Assembly (NCBI GenBank): GCA_030248215.1
Contig: JASANG010001402.1
Coordinates: 558,001-618,509, forward strand
Direction of reading: 5' to 3'
Length of the DNA stretch: 60,509 bases
Source of the DNA: Enoplolaimus lenunculus
Taxonomy: Eukaryota
The position numbers were made by a program, and so were the translations under genes. Shown one piece after another: positions 50,220 to 60,509 of the stretch. The notes beneath the pieces are model-generated. The model was not told the origin of the DNA. It did not search any database and saw only the letters and a program-made list of their open reading frames with translations. Numbering within the stretch: position 1 is the first letter of the stretch; every line of letters starts with the position of its first letter.

Positions 50220-51920
50220 ATCTGACAAATCTTGGGAGACATAAAAAACATCATCTGTTTCGTTCTTATTTGACTTCAGTATCGGTTTCTACTACAAAAT
50301 ACAGCTTTTGGCGTTAAAAACATTACTGAAAACACGTATAATACAACAGACACGATTCTGGTTTTAAGTGTTGTGTTTAGGCATACTTTCGCGCACACTA
50401 ATCTTTTGTTTATTTTTTATTTTATCTCTTGCAACAATTTTGCTACTTGTGTATGTTCTGAAATAGGTTTGAACAATACACACTAGATTCAAGCTGTAGC
50501 GTAGCGAAATTAATTCGGAATCCCACTTGATCGGAAAAAATAATTTAGTAGTTTGTAAAAGGCTGCTATTTTCATAGCTAGTAGCTGGTTTCAGTGTTAT
50601 ATTTGTTATAAAATAAGTAAGCTTCGGCTGCAAAGATGTTGCTAGTTAGTGTTAGGTTTCTTTACCTTCATGCGTCTTGTACCTGGTGTGATCATCACTG
50701 GATATCTGGATATGATATTTGGATTCTTTTAAGTGTGCGGTCTCTTTCTCGCTTTTTGTCAGTCTTGGTAGTTTGCAAACCGAGACCAAAGGTGAAAATC
50801 ACAAAAAAATTTTAATTGGATCGCAGCTTTGGTCGCAAGTACTTGCACATTTCGGCTACCAACACAGACAGTGAACGATCGTGAAGCATTGCTACTTGGT
50901 TATACAGTGATTTGATAAAAAATGACCACTTCGATTCATAAAATTCTATTTTTTTAAAGGAAACAAAACGTTGATTATATTGTGACAAAGCGCAAATAGT
51001 TACATTTTCGCGTTTAAATTGTTTATAGCATCGTGTAAAAAATATGGGTCATCCCTACTTATAACGTCTACGCTATATTAAAAATTTTCTAGTTTATTCG
51101 GTTTTCCTGGGATGGAAAACAACACTATAGGTTTGAGCTAGGATTGTACTGGTCCACGCCGCCTCACAATCAGCTGCGGAGTTTTGCTGTTTTTATGCCT
51201 TATTAGAACCTCAACATTATACGTAAACATGTATCTTGGTTCTTCCATGTTTTACCGCTTCTGCATAGGAAGCCGCTACGTATGTATCAGCGTTTTACCA
51301 ACGTGCAGCATCAGCATGAGGTTTTACTCCCCAAAACCAACCCAAAAACCCTCCCCCCATACGAGAAAGCCTGGTTTGCAATCCGAGACCAAAGAGGTGA
51401 AATTGGCCTGGAAGTACTTGCGCAGTTCGTCTACCAACACCGACAGCAACTAATCTATTTGGTTTTCCCAGGATCAAAAACAACACTTTAGCTTTGTGTT
51501 AGGGTTGTACTGAGGGTGTTTTGAGAGAGTGAGATTTGTCACGAGCCTTTTCGAACGGTATGGGGACAGTAGCCAGGTAAAAAATAAAGTAAGAAATAAA
51601 GTATGGCGTCGATTTAATTGTTTAATTGTATGAAGCGGCAATTCAGACCCGATAAAAATTATTCAAAACTTTTGTTACAAAAATCTTATTTTATTTTCGG
51701 TTACGGTTAAAAATTGATCTAGACCGTGACCAAAGGTCTCGGTCTCGGTAGACTGGGTCTCGGTCTTGTTCTTGGTGTAATTTTTTGACCGAGACCACCC
51801 CTCCCTGGATATCAGGTGGTCTCTTTCAGTACTTTATGTACTTAGCTAAATAGATTTTGATCAGCAATCGGATCTGCATATTATATCTCACTCGTTTTTG
51901 AGCCAGCATTGTTTGCTAGT

Positions 51921-52286
51921 ATGTCCGACTCTGAAGAAGATAGAATCAGCGATGGTGAAGTACTAAGTGAACAAGAATCTGTTGAAAATGATACAGAATT
52001 AGCCCCGTGAGTGAGAACATGTCATTTTTGGACAATTTCTACATTTTCCACTACCTATTGTATATTTAGTTTGAGAGGAACTCATACGTAGTTTTATGTT
52101 TTGCGATTTTATTTTAATAAAAATCGTACGGTTCATTTTGCTAATGGCACGTTTGGTGTAATTTTTCTACCTTCGAAGGTCCTCGACCTATTGAAATGTT
52201 AACTATCTTTAATTCCATTTATTAAATGTTAATTGCATTTTATAGCGCTGATATGCATCGCTTATATATACGTAGGTAGTAAATGT

Positions 52287-52337
<51 letters not shown>

Positions 52338-52824
52338 CATACATATATATATATCAGGGTGCAACCGGAATTACAATTTACCGGAACCGGAACCGGAACC
52401 GGAATTTGAAAATTTTACCGGAACCGGAACCGGAAAATGAAAAATGCATTTCACCAAAAATTTCATTTTCATGTATTTTTGTTGCTCTATTATTTGGCTG
52501 AAACCTCAACCTTAGTTCGACATAGGTATTTACTTTCCTACCTGTTATATTTTATAGACATAAAGGAAACAAAAAAACAAAACAAAAAATAAAAAACAAA
52601 AACAAAAAAAACCCCTTTTCATCATCACTCTGAAGAGAAAACCAACAACAACTTATATTCGGAGTACAACAGGCTTTCAAAAAAAATTCATAAAAAAAAC
52701 CAACAAAAATAAAACGACCAAAAAATAACACCACCATAAATCAACCCAAAAAAAACTTAACCGAAACCGGAACCGGAACCGAAAAAAATAAAGAAACCGA
52801 CGAACCGGCAATTCCGGTTGCACC

Positions 52825-52900
<76 letters not shown>

Positions 52901-55900
52901 AATTTTACGTACGTTCCATACTTACACGTTTGTATTTCAGAGTTGACAACGATGAAGCAGGCATTTCGGACAGCGAAGAACCGAAGGAATATTTAGAAGT
53001 TTGTGCCTAACTTTAATCACACTCGCATAATTTTGGTTGTCTTAAAGTATCATACGTGTGTCATTTGCGTACGATATCGCATAGAGACGCACGGTGACGG
53101 AGGGCACCGTACGGGTGACGGACGGCGCCGGACGTCAACTATAGACCAACCCTTATGTGTTAAATTTTTATTTTTGAGCGGCGAATTTAATGCACCGATC
53201 GTGTGAAGTTATATGTTTATATAGATACCTATATGGTTGTAACGTATATATAGTTTTGATTCCCGACTATGTACTATGTGGTGTAATTTTTTCCCTTAGA
53301 ATAACGCTGTTAATGAAAAATCAGAAGATTCTGACGACGAGGACATAGCTATTCGTCCAGGCAGTTCAGCGGAAAGTGAACCAAATGGTGAAAATGTCAT
53401 GTCAAACCTTAGGCAAGAGCTAGATTCTGACAATGATTCTGCCACACGAGTGCTAGCGCAAACACAACCGTTTGCCGTTGAAGAGGTTGTTAGTACATAG
53501 ATTGTGCTCAGTAATATGCTAAAAATTAGTTGAAATTTAGGTTTTATTCTGTTTGTTTTTGAATTTATCTAGTGACTGGTTGATTTGTTGTTTAAATTTT
53601 AGACTGAGGACAACGGAACTGTATGGTGCTGTCTTGCAGGTTGTTTTGAAAATAATTATAGTTGGGTCGAACTTGGGACGAGCCACCAGTTCAAACTCAG
53701 GGCGTTGTCAGAGTGCGAAGATTGGACCAAATATAGCTTCAAGTGGGCGATGTAGGGTGGGGAGCACCGCGACACCCAAAATGAAGAAACAAACACCTTG
53801 CAAGCATAAAAGTGTTATCATTTTGTGATTTTAACTGAAGCAGTTTAAGATAAGTCCACTGCTAAAAATCGAAGGTAGCAATTTTCTGATAATTTTAAAG
53901 TGGATTAGTGTCATAGGTTTTAGGACGCCACACAAGATGAATATAAATCTCAGGATGAAAATGACAGTGTTGACGGTCAGCGCGAAGAAAATATTGACCC
54001 AGACGGAAGCGATAACGCCGAGATTAACGATGTGATGGAAAGTGATACTGACGGTATGGTCAAAAATGGTCAAGAACACGAAAACCAACAACAGGTAAGT
54101 GTGGATTTTATTGCGACTCACCGAATTTAAAAGTATATAATTTGCATTCTGTTGTAATCGTTTTAAGAAAACTTTCTTGCGGAAGTTATATTTTTGTTAA
54201 ATATCTATGATGATAATACATTTACATGTACGTAGTTACATCACAAGTAGATTGTTTTATTTCGTTTTCTCCAGCCTCAAGCATGTTGTTGAATTATTAT
54301 TGTGTCATATTTTCAATGTTATTTTGATTTTAAGAATGAAAATAATGGACCAGAAACTGAACAACGCGAAACCAGTTCGAGTGATGTGTTGAAGGTACGG
54401 ATTTTAGTAGAAACATAGCGAGCCAGACACGATGCAGTTTTGCTTTTGCAGCATATGCTTCATACTCTTATTAAAATAGTGTTCTACGCGGTTTTTTGTA
54501 TTTTGTGTCAAACTTTGGCGACAAAGCTGTTTGCTGGTTAGCTTTAATAGCATTGAGCTGGGCGCGGGAATTTTTATTTACTATTTTGTTTTTTGTATTT
54601 GTAATATTTTAAGGCAAATGTTGACGCTTCGGATTTGTTTTCTGCCGGTGACGACGATGATAGCGATGATGATATTAGACAACTCAAACACACTTCGAAC
54701 AATTTAACTGTAGCTGGAAATGCGCTACAGATTGCGTCGGATGAAGAAAGTGGAAGCGATCAGTGCGAAGGTGCAGTAAATGAACAGAATGTAACAAAAG
54801 GTGAGCAGAAATATTTTTTTGCTGAGATTGAGTAATTTTGAACTTGAGAAATTGGGAGTTTGAATGAGTGGTAAAATAAATTTCTAGGTTAAGAAATTCT
54901 TTTCTCTGAACTAATGCTTCTGTGGGAAAATTTTATAATGCAGCCTTGCATGGTTGTTTAGAGATTCTGGCGGGAACGCGAAATAAGTCTTCAGTGAGAG
55001 AAAGATAGTTTTTTGAAAAACATTATTATTATATATTATTATTATTATTATATGGTTCAACAAAGAAATGATCAGTAATGCATGAACAGTTCTTTATTTC
55101 CCGGCATGAATGTAACAATGTTTTATAAAAACTATTTATGTGTTTTCAGAAAATTTGTTCGGCGACGCTGATGATTTAAGTTCAAGCGATTCAGAAGCCG
55201 GCCCCAGCGGTGAACATGATGTTCGAGAAGAATCTGGAAACGAACGAGAACAAACACAGCAGGACGACGAAGAAGAGCCAACTGGAAGATTTCCAGGAGT
55301 AATTCAGGGTTTTAGATATGATAAGCCCCTTGCGCTGTTTGTGTTATTGTCATATGTTCTCCGAAGTATCCTGTCTTTATCTAAAGTATACATTGATAAT
55401 TTTGCTTACGTCTCTCTTTTTTGACCGAGACCTCCCATGCCTGCATTACCTGCAAGCTTATATATCAGGGATGTGGTGATTAATTAGCATCAGTAACAAT
55501 CGGCAGTTTCCGTGAGTATTGGTATCGACATCGGCAGTGCAAAAAAATTGGCGTTTCTGTGCCATAATTTTTGCACTTGACAGTGGGTTAGATTGCGCAT
55601 CAGTAACAATCGGCAGTTTCCGTGAGTATTGGTATCGACATCGGCAGTGCAAAAAAATTGGCGTTTCTGTGCCATAATTTTTGCACTTGACAGTGGGTTA
55701 GATTGCGCTAGCAGTTTGAGTGGTTGGCGTATATCAGAACGTCCGAACAGGGAAACGGTTATCACTCTTGCATTACTGTTAGAAACATTTAGTTGAATCG
55801 AACCGTTCTCATATAATTATAATTGTTTATGGTTGCTTTGTTCATATGTTTTTGTATGTATAGGAAGATTTCGAAGATGACGAAGAGCCGGAAGAACCTC

Positions 55901-58900
55901 AAGAAACGGTGATCGAAGTTGAAATGCCTCGAGTCAATTTGGATTTAGGAAATCAAATTCATTTTCTTAAATTTCCAAACTTTTTATCTGTCGAACCCAG
56001 GTATACTTTTTGGCATTTCTAAATGCGTGGGTTTGATATTTTTCTCTTTGAATTTAGACACACCATGATAATGCATTTAGCTCTTACAAATTCAGATAAA
56101 ATTTAGAATTTGCACATTCTGATTCCCCTCTTCTGCCCTTAAGTAATGAGGCTTGCTTACAGCTCACTTCCCAGCAGCTTAGGGAAACCCAGATTGCTTG
56201 TGTAGGGTTAGGAAACGACAATTGGTTGTGCAATGGACTCGGTAATTGGCCTGAACAAATCGTAGTTGGGTCAAACTTTCGCTTCTTAATCTGTATAAAT
56301 TCTTGTTTGATGTAGGCAAAAAATTGTTTGAAACCGTATAAATTTTGATTAATTTGGTTTATTGTAGATCATCTGTTTGTAAAGTATAAGGTTTGCGAGG
56401 TATTTTTCTGTGTGCTGCGCGGCACCGCGTGTTCCAAAAAAAATAAATTTAATTGATGACATACTGCGAGTATAATATCATTAAACATTGTGTTTTAATT
56501 TTAGACCTTTCGATCCAGAAACGTACGAAGATGACGAAGAAGATGAAGTTTTGGATGAAGAAGGACGATCTCGGTTAAAATTACGGGTAAAGTTTGGCAG
56601 TAGAAGTATTAAACTTTAGTTCAAAACTTGTCAAGTACAGGGGTTAACTGAGGAGCCTAGGCTTGTGCTTCGGCTTAGGGTTAGACAGTCCCGTAGCCAA
56701 GGGGAGGGAGGCTTAGCTTCAAAAAATCTTTAACTCCTCTAACAAGTGAGCTGGCTATGGGCCTGGACTTAGAGTCCGTATTCTCAAATGTGTGTACCTC
56801 TTATCACCAGTTGGTGATAGATGGTGTAATTTTGGAACAGCGCATGGTGAGGTTCAAAATTTAGCACACTGTTCGCGTTTGATGTGCCGTACTGCAGTAC
56901 CAATTTTGAGATCTGCAATTGCAGATATTCGTCTGTTTGAAAACCTATCGCTAAGTAATGATTAAATTTTAAAAACGACAAATCGGCACGCATCTTACGG
57001 TCGTTTTGTTGTGTTTTTCAGGTTGAAAATACTATTAGATGGCGTAATACTGTTGACGACGAAGGAAATACGTTGAAAGAAAGCAATGCTAAGATTGTAC
57101 GCTGGTCAGATGGAAGGTTGGTTTGTTTTGAATCATACGTTCTACATTAGTTACAAACGCACCTCCATGCCATGGGGAGTGTTATAACAACTTAAGTAGG
57201 CTGATGAATTAGAGGTTTTATTGTGAAAGCGAATGGGTTTAGTTGCAGAAAAAACTGAAAATTTGAGTCATTTTTCGAGCTGTTTTGCCCGTGTTTAATT
57301 TCAGCGTGTCGTTGCATCTTGGCAGCGAAATTTTCGATATGCACGTACATCCGTTACAAGGCGATCATAACCATTTGTTTATTCGTCTCGGTACTGGTCT
57401 ACAAGCACAAGCTGTATTTCGAACGAAGTTAACGTTCAGGTTTGTATTTTGTTGGTCGGCGTTGTCCATCACCGTGAGTTGTATGCAAATTACACATGTA
57501 TGTTACCGTTTAGTGACGGACGGTGACGGACGTCAACAGAAGTATAGCGCAAACCTAATTTTTAAAATATTTCATTTGTTTGGGTTGTTTGGGTTATGAG
57601 CGATCTGAGCGTAGTCAAAATTTTAGAAAGGGAGTACGTTCTATAAAAAATTTCCAAGTGATTTTCTTGCGGTGCAAACTTAAACAGTACATAAAAACCC
57701 TATACAAAAATCCCAAAGGTGAGGTTGACCCATGAAACCACATTGGCTAGTGGCTACGCGTTTGACGAACGAGTTTATGTGGCTAATTCGCTAGTTTAGT
57801 GTTAAGGCGATAACTGTGATTATATTTGGTGTTTAGAAAACTTTCATAACCACGAATTGTGTAGTCGTTTTTAATGGTTACTAAGTCATACTGATGTTAA
57901 TATGTGGTTTAGTAAACGGCGCATTAAAAAGCAATTAAGCTGTTTATTAGATTACAAGGGTTATTTCGCTAAGGATTTTTTCGCTCGCTGTTCATGTTTT
58001 GAAATTCCTATATATTTTTATAACTGCTATTTGGACCTTAGATATATTAATAAATAGACGGAGAAGATGGTAAATAGAGTGTGCAGCCTTTGGAAATCCC
58101 TATTGTTAGGCCGCATTCCACGGAAAGTTTCACGCATCGTAAAATGACACTTTCAATGGCAGATCGGAGTAACAAAGCGCAGAAAGTCAAAATACTCGCG
58201 ACTGTTGGTATGGATCCTGAAGCAAAGAAACTAGATCTCATTAAGGTTAGTTTGTTTTGTAGCCGTTAACGAATCATAACGGATTTTGAGAAATGTCTGC
58301 AAGTATCCTTCAGATTCGTGTAGTTTATTCATTGTGTTTAATTTTCAGAGCAGTGTGTTGCGTTTTTAGACCATCCTACTTGACCAGTTCCAAATTGGTA
58401 ACTTCGATTTGTACACGTAGCCGGTTCATCAGGCCTGCAGACTTGTTGAACATAAGTAACTCTAAACCTTAATAGCGAATCTTGGTTTTGATCCTGTTAG
58501 AGGGTGTAAACCACGTTGGCTCGCCTTGGATCCGTCAGTGCAGCAGACCGTTCAGCAGGGTTCCGACAGGAACTAAATTTTGCCGGAACAGTAACCGGAA
58601 TTTGAAATAATTTTCATCACTGAATTACTGTTTGATTTTTTAGAAAACTTGTCAAAAAATGGCTTAAGCGAATTATTAATTACTGCATCATCAGGTTTTG
58701 AGAAAACGCATCACAAACAGTTTATTAACAAAATTAAACTAATTGCAAAACACTAAACACTCATTTTGTAAATAACAATTTTTCAAAGACAACGTTTCCA
58801 ATATTTACATAATTAGTAATATTTTGCCACAAAACCTTGAAAATTCCGGTTCCTGTATTTTTGAATGCAGGAACAGGAACAGAATTTTTCCAGGAATTGC

Positions 58901-60459
58901 GGCCAGAGTAGGAATCCCGGTTGAACTTTGCCATTAAGTAGGTTCTTTTATTTTATGAAGATGTGTACTTTGAATTAAATTGTGTTTCCAGAAAGAAGAA
59001 GAACGTCTCAAAGCATCGCAACGGCGTGAAATGAAAGCGCGTCGAATGCGAGAACGGTCTCAAATGCGTGGTTTATCGGCGTCGTATTTGGAAGATCGTG
59101 ATAATGACGCCGCTGACGATAGCACTGGCCAATCGTTGTCGGCGATTAAACGAAAATATAAAGATCGTAGAGGTAAAGCTAAACTTCAGTCATGGACAGA
59201 ATTAACGGCAAGCGCGATTGCGTTTCAATGTGCACCTCTCTGATCGTGATTGGCCGTTTTTGAAGGCAATCACTCTCAAATATGGTTATCGTACGTGAGT
59301 TATTTCATTTTTGATTTATATTAAGGAAGCATTATGAGTCTACAACTTCAATTAGATCAAGGCTATTATGCATGAACGGTCAATTATTTGCAGTATATCA
59401 AATTTAATCGGCGACGTAAGTATTTTCTAAGTACGCTTTGAAAAACGGCAAAATAGTTAAGTAGTTAAGCAATTCCTTAGCTCGTACTTCGTACTTAAGT
59501 AGGTTTTTGGAAGTCGTACAAGCAGTGTTTTGAAAATTCAGTCAATATCATAAACAGGTTACAAGAGTGGTTCGTCATCTGAAAGCGAAGTGGATGAAAG
59601 CGAAGAAGACAAAAGTGCCGAAAATAGTGAACCAGACAGTGAAGATGAGGTCGGTGTACGGCAATTTATGTATTGATATCCTTGAGAATTTAAATTTACA
59701 ATGCAAGCGTGACGCTATAATTATTGCAGCGGCGTCGTTCGACACCTAACGGATCCGCAAGTCAGAAAAAATTTGCAATTTGTTTCGCGGGGAAATGCTG
59801 CAATAATTCACATTCGTTGTCGTACGGTGGCAGACAACGCCGGGCTGCGTTTGTTTGCCTCAAACATTCCAGTATTTTGAACGAAGTCAATTTTTAGTTA
59901 TTAAATTTGCGTGCGCTGCCGTCTGGTTCCTCGCAGCATTCATCAAAACGTTTACCGCCACCGTAAGTCTGCTAAGGAATTGTGCCAGAAACGCAAAACG
60001 AACCCGTTTATATTGATGAGAAAGTAATGTTACGTCGAATGCTAAAAAGAGTTTACTTAATAGCCTTTAGTTACGCCTAGCTATTCATTTTAGAATTTCC
60101 GGACGTTCAAAAATATTTTTAAAACAATGTTGTTTTATACGTGAAATGTGTTTAAAATGGCGGTTTGTTTTTGATGCGATTTCTCAGGTACTGTACATAG
60201 CTTTTGAAATATGAAACATTTGTTTAAGGACGGTTCGCCTGGCAAGAAAAAGAAAGCGCGACGTGTGATTGAAGAAAGTGACGATGAAGCGAGCGATACT
60301 GGTGCGGAATCAACTAGTGGCGCCCGAAAGAAAGCGAGGAACAAACGACGTCAACAGTCACAAAAAGACACCAGCGAAAACGAAAGCGACCAGCAACAAG
60401 AGGAAGAACAAGACGAAGCACAAGAGGAGGAAGAAGAAGCGGAAGGTAGTGAAGGTTAG
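51921..60459 (+). CDS. LEO1: RNA polymerase-associated protein LEO1 (PAF1 complex); 3' end may continue beyond the window
   Basis: Predicted exons 51921-52006, 52941-52998, 53300-53485, (53603-53620?), 53924-54094, 54335-54394, 54614-54800, 55150-55298, 55864-56000, 56505-56586, 57022-57116, 57305-57439, 58110-58245, 58992-59172, 59558-59649, 60229-60453/60459. Leo1 domain: [22 protein letters not shown]...[13 protein letters not shown]...[24 protein letters not shown]...[24 protein letters not shown]; acidic N-terminus. Confidence 0.93.
52355..52827. mobile_element. hAT-like MITE inside a (TA)n microsatellite in LEO1 intron 1
   Basis: Same TIRs as 32703-33071; long TA runs on both sides. 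Confidence 0.8.
55487..55708. repeat. 110-bp tandem duplication in a LEO1 intron
   Basis: GCATCAGTAACAATCGGCAG...GGGTTAGATTGC at 55487 and 55597, identical by eye. Confidence 0.9.
58556..58930. mobile_element. hAT-like MITE in a LEO1 intron
   Basis: Homologous to 15550-15942; flanks ccgttcag/ccattaag resemble a degenerate 8-bp TSD. Confidence 0.7.
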
Positions 60460-60509
60460 TGACCTTCAATATAGGAACTCGAATTTAGCACGAATAGGAA
60501 TTTGGAATT

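Noticed and set aside
50160..50780. Additional minus-strand gene upstream of TMEM107
   Set aside because: Short open segments with donor-like ends do not join into a coherent ORF.
57200..57240. Hammerhead ribozyme (CTGATGA...GAAA)
   Set aside because: No convincing stem II or flanking stems.

Overview
AT-rich, intron-containing animal genomic DNA; abundant TTAGGC-like repeats and ttt(c/t)ag splice acceptors suggest a nematode (inference). Four host genes could be assembled by hand: (1) a minus-strand Q/N/H-rich gene with an atypical homeodomain and an AT-hook (about 10.9-18.6 kb); (2) a 4-exon H-type ferritin (39854-42811, +); (3) a 4-exon TMEM107 ciliary transition-zone gene (46854-50124, -), absent from the ORF track, with X-box-like motifs upstream; (4) LEO1 of the PAF1 complex (51921 to the window end, +). 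An apparently full-length CR1-like LINE (35028-39418; PHD ORF1, APE-RT ORF2) is the most unusual locus. It has two structured 5' monomers and a G_GGA_AAC slippery heptamer at a -1 ORF1/ORF2 overlap. It lies at the axis of an inverted pair of tRNA-derived elements with extended acceptor stems, about 435 bp upstream of ferritin. The rest is dense with non-autonomous DNA transposons (hAT-like with 8-bp TSDs, TA-flanked MITEs, a 6-bp-TSD family carrying TTAGGC, a DINE-1/Helentron-like element) and minisatellites. All calls are by eye, with no database search.
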